Positions 1 to 8,192 of a stretch of DNA of 64,000 nt are shown in pieces; positions within the stretch are counted from its first letter, which is position 1; each line of letters begins with the position of its first letter. The stretch covers positions 6,114 to 70,113 of the forward strand of contig JBFMGO010000011.1 of NCBI GenBank assembly GCA_040752695.1. The letters run 5' to 3'. The notes below the pieces were generated by a model, which did no database searches, was not told where the DNA came from, and saw only the letters and a program-made list of their open reading frames with translations. This DNA comes from a bacterium. GTDB taxonomy: Bacteria; SZUA-182; DTGQ01. The position numbers were made by a program, and so were the translations under genes.

Positions 1-466
1 AATTTTTCGTCAGGTAAGGGTTGGCAAGGATGGAAAAACCTTCGAGCTTTTGAAACTTCGCTCCATGCACCTGAACGCTGAAGAAAACGGCGTTGCCTGG
101 GCACAGAAAAATGATGCACGGATAACCCGCGTTGGTCGTTTGATCCGGTATTTACGTATTGACGAGATCCCCCAAATGGTCAACGTGCTTCGGGGGGAGA
201 TGAGCCTGATTGGCCCAAGACCTGAGCGGCCTGAGTTTGTCAGCCAGCTTGAGAGCAAAATACCCTACTATTCAGTCCGTCACTGTATCAAGCCAGGAAT
301 CACCGGATGGGCACAGATCAAATATCCGTATGGTTCTTCAGTCAGCGATGCTCTTCATAAACTGGAATATGACCTTTACTATGTCAAAAACATGACGCCG
401 CTCCTGGATTTCGAGATCTGCCTCAAGACCATAGGCGTCATGCTTTTTGGTCAGGGTGCGCGCTAA
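1..466 (+). CDS. Partial CDS (5' end outside window): C-terminal catalytic domain of a bacterial sugar transferase, i.e. polyprenyl-phosphate hexose-1-phosphate transferase of the WbaP/PssY/PglC type
   Basis: The reading frame is open from nt 2. Translation ...FRQVRVGKDGKTFELLKLRSMH...DEIPQMVNVLRGEMSLIGPRPERPEF...KPGITGWAQI is the hallmark of the Bac_transf family (KFRSM, RPE(R)P, PGITG motifs). Stop at 466. Confidence 0.8.
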   Translation, partial: IFRQVRVGKDGKTFELLKLRSMHLNAEENGVAWAQKNDARITRVGRLIRYLRIDEIPQMVNVLRGEMSLIGPRPERPEFVSQLESKIPYYSVRHCIKPGITGWAQIKYPYGSSVSDALHKLEYDLYYVKNMTPLLDFEICLKTIGVMLFGQGAR

Positions 467-800
467 GCAGCGGTATTGCGTGCTCAGTGTATATACGTCA
501 CTTTGAATTACCCGGCCAGTTGAACTTGCCCCCCATAGTGGAAGCGACTTGAAAGCCGCTTAAGTGCCGCAGGATGGCGCTTGCGCTATGAAACTTAAGA
601 TTAGCCGCCCAGCCGGTTAATTGGCCGCGTATTCAACGCGGCCTGTACTCATGCGGTGAATTCAGGTTCCAAAGAGAGCATGGAACTGAAAGGGCGAAGC
701 TTTATTCAGAAGTCAGGAGGATGCTGAAACCAGGAATCAGGAGCCAGAAATCAGTACCGGCATCCATAAATATAATATTAAGGAGGCTAATGCGTATCTT

Positions 801-1703
801 ATGTCTGATAGTATGTCCGATACTCTGATATCTTCATCAATTGCCGCTGTCAAATCGGTTGCCGGTGCTCCTGATGCCGGTGCTCCTGAGCGGATTATCC
901 GTCCAAGACGCGGAATCGTGGATATCGATTTCAAGGAGCTATGGCGTTTCCGGGAGCTTTTTGGATTTCTGGCCTGGCGGGATATCCTTGTCCGGTACAA
1001 ACAAACGGTCATCGGCATTGCCTGGGCCGTGATTCAGCCGGTGTTGACCATGATTGTCTTTACCGTCATATTCGGCCGGGTAGCCAGCCTTCCAAGTAAT
1101 GGTGCGCCATATGCTGTCATGACCTTTACCGCCCTGTTGCCCTGGCAGTTCTTTGCCGATGCCATGAGCCGGAGTAGCAATTCCCTGGTCGGCTCGGCCA
1201 ACCTGATCACCAAGGTTTACTTCCCGCGGCTGATTATTCCGGCAAGTGCCGCTATCAGCGGCGTCATCGATTTTTCCATCGGATTTGCCATTCTCCTTGG
1301 ACTTATGACCTGGTACCACATTCCATTCAGCCCTTTGCTCCTGCTCCTGCCTGCTTTTCTGATGATTGCCCTTTTTGCCTCCTTTGGCGTTGGTCTTTGG
1401 TTTGGCGCTTTGAATGTCAAGTACCGGGACATCGGCCATATCGTCCCTTTTCTGGTGCGCATGGGCCTGTATATCAGTCCGGTAGGCTTCATGTCCGGCA
1501 TCATTCCCGGGAAGTGGCGGTTTCTCTACAGCCTCAATCCCATGGTTGGAGTCATTGACGGATTTCGCTGGTGTATCCTTGGCAGTCAATTCGAACCCTA
1601 TTGGCCTGGATTTTGGGCAAGTTTGATGATGGTTCTGGCTGTACTGGTCTTTGGAGCCTGCTTTTTCAAGAGTATGGAAAAAAACTTTGCCGATGTTATC
1701 TAG
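801..1703 (+). CDS. wzm: ABC-2 type polysaccharide/O-antigen exporter permease (Wzm/KpsM/TagG-like)
   Basis: 300 aa with about six predicted TM helices. N-terminal region ELWRFRELFGFLAWRDILVRYKQTVIGIAWAVIQP is typical of ABC-2 permeases. It lies immediately upstream of an ABC ATPase. Confidence 0.8.
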   Translation: MSDSMSDTLISSSIAAVKSVAGAPDAGAPERIIRPRRGIVDIDFKELWRFRELFGFLAWRDILVRYKQTVIGIAWAVIQPVLTMIVFTVIFGRVASLPSNGAPYAVMTFTALLPWQFFADAMSRSSNSLVGSANLITKVYFPRLIIPASAAISGVIDFSIGFAILLGLMTWYHIPFSPLLLLLPAFLMIALFASFGVGLWFGALNVKYRDIGHIVPFLVRMGLYISPVGFMSGIIPGKWRFLYSLNPMVGVIDGFRWCILGSQFEPYWPGFWASLMMVLAVLVFGACFFKSMEKNFADVI

Positions 1704-1721
1704 CTCACATTACCTGATGCC

Positions 1722-1783
1722 GACATTATCCGATACTGATATTATCAGGTATTGATATTATCTGATACTGACATTATCTGACC
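1722..1783. repeat. Four tandem about 16-bp repeats (TGAYATTATCYGATAC) in the wzm-wzt intergenic region
   Basis: gacattatccgatac / tgatattatcaggtat / tgatattatctgatac / tgacattatctgacc, read directly from the sequence. Confidence 0.8.
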
Positions 1784-1820
1784 ATGTAATTTCTTATCAC
1801 GTTTTCTGGAGTTTTTCAGT

Positions 1821-3119
1821 ATGTCAACGCCAGTGATTAAAGTAGCAAATCTCGGCAAGAAGTACAGGCTGGGAGCCACGCTGAATCACGATACCTTGCG
1901 TGACCACCTTGCCTGTGGTGTTAAAACCCTCTGGCATCGCCTGCGGGGAAACGGGCATTTCAGCCATGCAGACAAGCTGGCCCTCCCGTCGTCTTCACCT
2001 GCCAAAGGAGGGAATGATGAATTCTGGGCACTCAAGGATGTCTCCTTTGAAATCATGCAGGGTGAAATCGTGGGCATCATCGGGCGAAATGGTGCGGGGA
2101 AAAGCACCCTCCTGAAGATATTGAGCAAAATCACTGAGCCGACCAAAGGGGAGGTTCGCATGCGAGGCCGGGTGGCAAGTTTATTGGAGGTCGGCACCGG
2201 CTTCCATCCAGAACTCACCGGCAGGGAGAATATCTACCTGAATGGAGCCATCCTGGGCATGAGCAGGACCGAGATAAGAGCCAAATTTGACGAGATCGTG
2301 GCTTTTGCCGAAATCGGCCAGTTTATCGACACACCGGTGAAGCGCTATTCAAGCGGGATGTACGTGAGGCTGGCCTTTGCCGTAGCCGCTCACCTCGAGC
2401 CGGAGATCCTGCTGGTGGATGAGGTGCTGGCGGTCGGCGATGCAGGCTTTCAGAATAAATGTCTGGGTAAGATGGGGGATGTGGCCAAACAAGGACGGAC
2501 AGTGCTTTTTGTGAGTCATAATATGGCGGCTGTACAGAATATCTGCTGTAAAGGAGTTATATTGAAGCATGGTGAAGTCCACTATCAGGGACAGATCAAT
2601 GAAACGGTTCAGAAATATATTGAAACATATACTATACCTGAAAAGCAAAATCTGAAGGATATTACCGACCGCGTCGGAAACGGGCTTGTACGGATCACCG
2701 CTATCACTGTTTGTGACTTGCAGGGACATGCGGTTGAAGCGGTTGGAATTGGCGAGGGGTGTAAAGTTTATCTTGACTACGAGAGTACCCGCAACTTCAC
2801 CCCCACATGTGTAGAGATCGGTATCGCTTTCATATCGATTCTGGGCGCTAAGGTTGTCATGTTCAGTAACCTGGTAGCCGGTCAATTGTTTCAGAGTCTG
2901 CCCTCCCGTAGTAAGGTCTGCTGTACGATTCCTTCCCTGCCTATTGCAGATGGAAGCTATTTCATCGGTGCATCGTTTTCCAGTAATAACGAAGTAGCTG
3001 ACTGGATCGATAAAGCCGTCCGATTCACTGTCTACCAATCAAACTTCTATGGATCGGGAAGACTTTATCGTGCCGGATCGACTCATCTCTATCTGCATCA
3101 TACCTGGGAGTTGGCATGA
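1821..3119 (+). CDS. wzt: ABC transporter ATP-binding protein Wzt/TagH-like, with about 170-aa C-terminal extension (putative glycan-terminus-binding domain)
   Basis: Walker A GRNGAGKST, signature YSSGMYVRLAF, Walker B ILLVDEVLAVGD, H-loop SHNM. C-terminal beta-rich extension (aa about 260-432) as in E. coli O9a Wzt. RBS GGAG precedes the ATG. Confidence 0.85.
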   Translation: MSTPVIKVANLGKKYRLGATLNHDTLRDHLACGVKTLWHRLRGNGHFSHADKLALPSSSPAKGGNDEFWALKDVSFEIMQGEIVGIIGRNGAGKSTLLKILSKITEPTKGEVRMRGRVASLLEVGTGFHPELTGRENIYLNGAILGMSRTEIRAKFDEIVAFAEIGQFIDTPVKRYSSGMYVRLAFAVAAHLEPEILLVDEVLAVGDAGFQNKCLGKMGDVAKQGRTVLFVSHNMAAVQNICCKGVILKHGEVHYQGQINETVQKYIETYTIPEKQNLKDITDRVGNGLVRITAITVCDLQGHAVEAVGIGEGCKVYLDYESTRNFTPTCVEIGIAFISILGAKVVMFSNLVAGQLFQSLPSRSKVCCTIPSLPIADGSYFIGASFSSNNEVADWIDKAVRFTVYQSNFYGSGRLYRAGSTHLYLHHTWELA

Positions 3120-3149
3120 AGAGCACCTCACCATGAAGAGAATTTCACC

Positions 3150-4664
3150 ATGAAGAGAATTTTATTGGGAATACCGGAAAAACATTCTCTCGATGCACTC
3201 TATCCACCAGTAGGATTGCTCTACCTGGCCGCTATGGCTCGAAATCAGGGCCACATGGTAAAAGTTATGGACGCTCAGGTAGTGGGGGAGGAAGCGCTTT
3301 TAACTGAATTTGTACATGGTGATTATGAATATTTCGGGACCACGATTTTGACTCCGCTGAGAGAGAGTTCCTACGCTCTTATCCGCAAGATCAAAGCCCT
3401 GAAGCATCATTGTACAGTAATTGCCGGAGGCGCTCATATTTCCATCCTCCCAAAACAAACAATGGAGCACGTTCCGGAGATTGACATTGCTGTCGCAGGA
3501 GAAGGAGAGCAAACCCTGGTGGAAATACTTTCAGGCAAAAATTTATCAGACATTCAGGGTATTTGGTACCGCCACAATGGGCAACTCGTACATACAAAAC
3601 ATCGAAAATCCTTAGATCCCGCTTTCATTCCCATGCCGGCCTGGGACCTGATCGATCTTACACCCTACCGTGCCTATGAGGATGTGATTATTGACGGTAT
3701 TTCATTTGCCGATAAGCCGTTCCTGACCATTTATTCTTCCCGTGGATGTACCGGATCATGCAGTTTCTGCTCGACGTGGTGGATATGGCGCAACTGGAGA
3801 CAGATACCGGCATCCAGATTTGTCGATGAAATCGAATACCTTTACCATCGCGGGATTGACCACTTTTTCATTGCGGATGATTCGATGATTAACAAGGAGG
3901 AGTTCGTTCATCAATTTTCCAATGAAATAATCAGGCGAAAGATCAATATCAAGTATAAAATCGCCTGTCGTGCTGATAAACTTACTTATCCTGTCGTTGA
4001 CTCACTGAAGAAATCAGGATGCTACGAAATCCATATCGGATTCGAGAGTGGCTCACAGAGAATCCTGGATTCCATAGGCAAGAAAATGAAAGTCGAGGAT
4101 AATATCCAGGCTGCCAAGCTCGTGCGAGAAGCTGGACTTCGCCTTTATGCCTTGATTATAGTCGGGGCGGTTGAAGAAGACCTTGAAACAATCAATGAAA
4201 CCATACGTTTTTTGAAAAAAATCAAACCTGATGTAGTAGCCACTATGGGGGGTCTCATGCTGCTGCCTGGCACGAGGGACTACCGGAAGGCAGTTCGTCA
4301 AGGCGTAGTGTCTGACGATTTCTGGTTAGGTCAGGAGACATTTCCCTTCTATACGAAAAATTTTTCAAAAAAGGAACTGCAACTTCTCTGCTTAGCCGTA
4401 CTCAAGCGGCAGACGATATGGTCTCGAAAACTTCTCCATCTTCAGTTTCTGCTCTGCTACCCGATGCAATACGCAAATATCATGGAAATGAACCGGGCTG
4501 CAAAAAAAACTATCTGTTTATACAGCCACTTATACAGGTTATGCAGCCACTTGTACAGGTTACACAGTCACTTATACAGGTCCTTTTCCCGCTTGATTAA
4601 CCTTTTATACATAAAAGTAAGACAAAAATCATATGAGATATTCACACCCGATTCAGCTCATTAG
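3150..4664 (+). CDS. Cobalamin (B12)-binding radical SAM domain protein (class B radical SAM, possible C-methyltransferase or other glycan-modifying enzyme)
   Basis: N-terminal B12-binding-like domain (LLYLAAMARNQGHMVKVMD...IAGGAHIS). Radical SAM cluster motif SSRGCTGSCSFC (CxxxCxxC). Elp3-like core. C-terminal tail is encoded by a 21-bp tandem repeat. Confidence 0.8.
   Translation: MKRILLGIPEKHSLDALYPPVGLLYLAAMARNQGHMVKVMDAQVVGEEALLTEFVHGDYEYFGTTILTPLRESSYALIRKIKALKHHCTVIAGGAHISILPKQTMEHVPEIDIAVAGEGEQTLVEILSGKNLSDIQGIWYRHNGQLVHTKHRKSLDPAFIPMPAWDLIDLTPYRAYEDVIIDGISFADKPFLTIYSSRGCTGSCSFCSTWWIWRNWRQIPASRFVDEIEYLYHRGIDHFFIADDSMINKEEFVHQFSNEIIRRKINIKYKIACRADKLTYPVVDSLKKSGCYEIHIGFESGSQRILDSIGKKMKVEDNIQAAKLVREAGLRLYALIIVGAVEEDLETINETIRFLKKIKPDVVATMGGLMLLPGTRDYRKAVRQGVVSDDFWLGQETFPFYTKNFSKKELQLLCLAVLKRQTIWSRKLLHLQFLLCYPMQYANIMEMNRAAKKTICLYSHLYRLCSHLYRLHSHLYRSFSRLINLLYIKVRQKSYEIFTPDSAH
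4523..4583. repeat. Three tandem 21-bp repeats (CAGYCACTTRTACAGGTTAYR), in-frame at the 3' end of the radical SAM gene
   Basis: cagccacttatacaggttatg / cagccacttgtacaggttaca / cagtcacttatacaggtcc encode LYRLCSH/LYRLHSH repeats. Confidence 0.8.
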
Positions 4665-5319
4665 ATCAGCGAAAAACGCTCGATATATTCCAAAGCATGA
4701 ATTTATACGCCTCCATGTAAAGGACAGGGATGTATTGGACTTGGGCTGCGTTGCGCATTCCCTCAGCTTCTGCCTGAATTTTCCGCATCGCTGGCTGCAT
4801 AATACCATTCGCAGTCATGCAAGGTCCGCTCTCGGTGTGGATTTACTGGAAAAAGAGATAACGGAACTACAAAAGATGGGCTATAACGTGATCTATGGGG
4901 ATGCTCAAACCTTACGGCTGGGCCGGAAATTCGATGTAGTCGTCTGCGGAGATCTGATCGAGCATGTAGCCAATCCTGCCGCCCTCCTTGACACGATGGC
5001 CTGTCACATCCAAGACGACGGAATCGCTATCGTCACTACACCAAACCCTTTTGCGATTACCCGCTTTTTTAATATCCTGGCCGATGGATGGACAGCTATT
5101 AATACGGAACACACCTTCTGGATCTGTCCTCAAACGATGTTTCAACTGGTTGATCGGTCCAGGCTGTGCGTGGCGGATTTCAGTTGGCTGAAGACAGACT
5201 TCCCCATGTTGACCACCCATCGTTTCTGGGGCCCGCTGCTCAACTCTATCGCTCCACGAATTGCCAATAAAAACCAGTTATTCCGCAACGACTACGGAGT
5301 GGTATTAAGGAAAAGGTAA
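4633..5319 (+). CDS. Class I SAM-dependent methyltransferase (Methyltransf_11/23-like, paralogue family A)
   Basis: Motif I VLDLGC..., post-II block FDVVVCGDLIEHVANP...DGIAIVTTPN. This block is shared with ORFs 20145, 20930 and 23156. Confidence 0.65.
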   Translation: MRYSHPIQLIRSAKNARYIPKHEFIRLHVKDRDVLDLGCVAHSLSFCLNFPHRWLHNTIRSHARSALGVDLLEKEITELQKMGYNVIYGDAQTLRLGRKFDVVVCGDLIEHVANPAALLDTMACHIQDDGIAIVTTPNPFAITRFFNILADGWTAINTEHTFWICPQTMFQLVDRSRLCVADFSWLKTDFPMLTTHRFWGPLLNSIAPRIANKNQLFRNDYGVVLRKR

Positions 5320-6360
5320 ATGCACTTTCAAGTTCATGGCAGGAGAAGCCCTTTTGTCTCGATTATCCTCCCGACCCGTAACCGCGCCATGTATCTCGAA
5401 GGAGCATTGCGGGCTGCCTTCGCCCAAAACTATCCTCCCGAACGTTTCGAAGTAATCGTAGTAGATAACGCATCAGTTGATGACACGTCACAGCTTGTGC
5501 GGATGCTGGCCGGGGAAGTAGAGGGAAGGATCAACATGAAATACATTCGCGAAAGCAGGGCTGGCCTGGTATTTGCGCGCCACACAGGCGCTGCCCACGC
5601 CGAAGGGGAAATCCTGCTTTTTGGCGACGATGATGCAATCTATAGCGATAACTGGATTTCTGAAATCGTAGAGGTTTACCTTCGATACCCCGAAGTAGGT
5701 GCGGTTGGTACGAAAATCGAAATCCAATGGGACCGCGATCCTGCCCCCTGGGTCCTTCGCCATGAACGGGTACTCGGTAAATTAGACTATGGACCCAAGG
5801 TGCTTGTGCGGCATGGCCTTTATATTAATGGAGGAAGCTTCTCGATTCGGAAGCAAATTCTCCTACAGGCCAAAGGCTTCAATCCGGGCCAGAAAGGAGA
5901 TTACATAATAGGGGATTCGGAAACCGGGCTCTGCCGCAAACTTGCCAGCCATGGAATTATAGTCGGATGGACGCCTGCTGCAACGATGTGGCACATTCAG
6001 CGGGCTGACGTACATGGAACGCTCCATGATATGAAACGGCGATTTAGGAACAATGGGATCTGTGAGGCTTACTATGCCACTTTTTACAACCGAAGATTCA
6101 ACGATGTCCTTTATGATATTTTTCGCAGACCATACCGGGTGCTGCGGAATTTTTTTTGCCGGATCCGTCACATGGGCTTGAAAGAACCTTGTTATGAACT
6201 GAGGCTGGAAATAGCCTATTATATTTACTATATCAAATACTTATACCTTTATCGATTTAACCGGGCAATCCGCAGCGAAGTAATGAGAACACAGGATTGG
6301 GAGTTCAGCCACAGCTACGAAGCTCCTCCGGTAGAATTCACCATTTGTCACCTGGGATGA
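5320..6360 (+). CDS. Glycosyltransferase family 2
   Basis: VSIILPTRNR...FEVIVVDNASVDDT, DxD-like FGDDD. GT-A fold signature. Confidence 0.8.
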   Translation: MHFQVHGRRSPFVSIILPTRNRAMYLEGALRAAFAQNYPPERFEVIVVDNASVDDTSQLVRMLAGEVEGRINMKYIRESRAGLVFARHTGAAHAEGEILLFGDDDAIYSDNWISEIVEVYLRYPEVGAVGTKIEIQWDRDPAPWVLRHERVLGKLDYGPKVLVRHGLYINGGSFSIRKQILLQAKGFNPGQKGDYIIGDSETGLCRKLASHGIIVGWTPAATMWHIQRADVHGTLHDMKRRFRNNGICEAYYATFYNRRFNDVLYDIFRRPYRVLRNFFCRIRHMGLKEPCYELRLEIAYYIYYIKYLYLYRFNRAIRSEVMRTQDWEFSHSYEAPPVEFTICHLG

Positions 6361-6374
6361 GGAGAAGAAAGGCA

Positions 6375-6788
6375 ATGAATTGTCCCGCTATTGAACATAT
6401 CTTCCATGAAAATTCCCTTCTCGCCATTATTATCCATTCAGATTTCCACAAAGAAGGAATCGAGTTCTTCACTCCAGACGACTATTCTCAGCAGATTGCT
6501 TATATGAATCGCCCTGCCGGTTACAGGGTAACGCCTCATATTCATAATAAACTCCAACGAGAGGTGTTTTATACCCAAGAAGTATTATTCATGAAAAGAG
6601 GTATGGTTAAGGTTGACTTTTACGATGAGCGCCGGAATCACGTAGACACCAGGATATTGAAAACAGGTGATGTGATTCTTTTGGCATCAGGTGGCCACGG
6701 ATTTGAAATGATCGAGCAGAGCGAGATCATAGAAGTCAAGCAGGGCCCTTACGCAGGTGACAACGATAAAACCAGGTTTTCAGCCTGA
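6375..6788 (+). CDS. Cupin-fold sugar 3,4-ketoisomerase (FdtA/QdtA/Tyl1a, WxcM-like domain)
   Basis: 138 aa from the internal ATG at 6375, preceded by GGAGAAGAAAGG RBS. The longer ORF from 6297 overlaps the upstream gene. Motifs NRPAGYRVTPHIHNK and GDVILLASGGHGFEMIE are typical of the small cupin NDP-4-keto-6-deoxyhexose 3,4-isomerases. Confidence 0.6.
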   Translation: MNCPAIEHIFHENSLLAIIIHSDFHKEGIEFFTPDDYSQQIAYMNRPAGYRVTPHIHNKLQREVFYTQEVLFMKRGMVKVDFYDERRNHVDTRILKTGDVILLASGGHGFEMIEQSEIIEVKQGPYAGDNDKTRFSA

Positions 6789-6793
6789 GCACT

Positions 6794-8059
6794 ATGAATA
6801 ACCATATGCCAGTAAACGAAATACCAGTAAACGAACCTTTATTAAATGGCCGCGAGAAAGAATTTCTCTGTAAATGCATCGATACTGGCTGGATTTCTTC
6901 GGATGGGCCTTTTGTCAGGGAATTTGAAGAGCGGTTTGCCTCTTATATAGGGAGAGGCTATGGCATAGCGGTCTGTAATGGGACAGCAGCGCTCGAGACA
7001 GCCTTCTATGCGACTGGTATCGAAGAGGGAGACCAGGTAATCATGCCTACATTCACCATCATCTCCTGTGCTATGGCAGCGATGAGGCTGGGTGCTAAAC
7101 CTGTACTGGTAGATATTGAGCCGGAAACGTGGTGCATGGATGTCAGGCAATTGGAATCCAAAGTCGATGCTGAAATGAAAAACGGCAACGAAGGACTGAA
7201 GGCGATTATGCCGGTGCATATTTATGGACACCCTGTTGATATGGACCCGGTGGTGAAGGTGGCGCAACGCTATGGATTGAGGATCATAGAGGATGCCGCC
7301 GAGGTGCACGGCGCTGAGTATCTGAGCAGACTCCTGCCTGAAGATAAGCCCGATACTGTTACCAATATATCCAATTCCAATATATCCAGTATGGAGGATA
7401 GGAATAAAGAAAGGGAAACTTGCGGAACCTGGAAAAAGTGCGCGAGTATGGGGCATGCGGCTGCGTTTTCCTTCTATGCCAATAAAATTATAACTACAGG
7501 CGAGGGGGGCATGGTTGTCACCAATGACCCGCTGATGGCAGAGCGTGCCAGGTCTTATAGAAACTTATCTTTCAGGCCCGATAAGCGCTTTTATCATACC
7601 GAGCCCGGGTATAACTTCAGGATGACCAGTCTCCAGGCAGCCATAGGGTTGGCTCAGTTGGAAAGGATCGAGGAATTTATTACCATAAAACGCCATTTAG
7701 GCGCTTACTATCGAGAGCGACTGGCTGCTGTTCCAGGAGTTCGCTTCCAGGCCGAAAAACCCTGGGCGAGGCCGGTTTACTGGATGTACGCCATAGAGCT
7801 TGATCCTGAACTTGGTATCGATGCTGAAACCGTGAGAGTCCGGCTCAAAGAGAACAATATCGGTACACGCCCCTTCTTTCTGGGACTTCACGCCCAGCCT
7901 GTGCTCAGGCAAATGGGGCTTCATCCGGATGAAAGCTCCTACCCAAATGCGGATCGGGCTTATAAATACGGTCTTTATCTGCCTTCCGGCCTGACCATGA
8001 CCGAAGAAAAAGTCGATGTGGTGTGCACTGCCCTGGCAACGGTACTCAACCAGAGGTAG
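6794..8059 (+). CDS. DegT/DnrJ/EryC1/StrS-family PLP-dependent NDP-sugar aminotransferase, with an unusual about 34-aa internal insertion
   Basis: N-terminal LNGREKEFLCKCIDTGWISSDGPFVREFEERFASYIG, PLP-lysine region FSFYANKIITTGEGGMVVTND, C-terminal RPVYWMYAIEL. Confidence 0.85.
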   Translation: MNNHMPVNEIPVNEPLLNGREKEFLCKCIDTGWISSDGPFVREFEERFASYIGRGYGIAVCNGTAALETAFYATGIEEGDQVIMPTFTIISCAMAAMRLGAKPVLVDIEPETWCMDVRQLESKVDAEMKNGNEGLKAIMPVHIYGHPVDMDPVVKVAQRYGLRIIEDAAEVHGAEYLSRLLPEDKPDTVTNISNSNISSMEDRNKERETCGTWKKCASMGHAAAFSFYANKIITTGEGGMVVTNDPLMAERARSYRNLSFRPDKRFYHTEPGYNFRMTSLQAAIGLAQLERIEEFITIKRHLGAYYRERLAAVPGVRFQAEKPWARPVYWMYAIELDPELGIDAETVRVRLKENNIGTRPFFLGLHAQPVLRQMGLHPDESSYPNADRAYKYGLYLPSGLTMTEEKVDVVCTALATVLNQR

Positions 8060-8062
8060 TCA

Positions 8063-8192
8063 GATAATAGCGGTAGATAGACAGTGAAAGCAGACAGCCG
8101 ATGAAAATAGGTAGGCAATGGCGGCAGACAGACAATGGCGGCAGATAGACAGTGGAAATAGACAGACAGGGGAGGTAGACAGACAATGGCGG
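8063..8192. repeat. Degenerate AGACAGA-rich tandem repeats, including three copies of (c)agacagacaATGGCGG; the last copy carries the methyltransferase start codon
   Basis: caatggcggcagacagacaatggcggcagatagacagtgg ... gtagacagacaatggcgg. Confidence 0.75.

Noticed and set aside
467-482. ops/JUMPstart-like element (aGCGGTAttGCGTG versus GGCGGTAGCGTG) upstream of wzm
   Set aside because: There are two mismatches in the core plus a 2-nt insertion. RfaH-dependent ops elements are characteristic of Gammaproteobacteria, and the rest of this window does not look gammaproteobacterial. Probably chance.
623-643. Hairpin ggccgcg-tattcaa-cgcggcc in the 334-nt spacer before wzm, as a terminator or attenuator
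   Set aside because: No U-tract follows on either strand. It could be an incidental palindrome or a protein-binding site.
939-3038. Minus-strand ORFs 939..1589 (216 aa) and 2349..3038 (229 aa), and others such as 6842..7456 and 38394..39026
   Set aside because: They are antisense to well-supported wzm, wzt, aminotransferase and DHQS-like genes. They are low-complexity, without RBS or family resemblance, and spurious.
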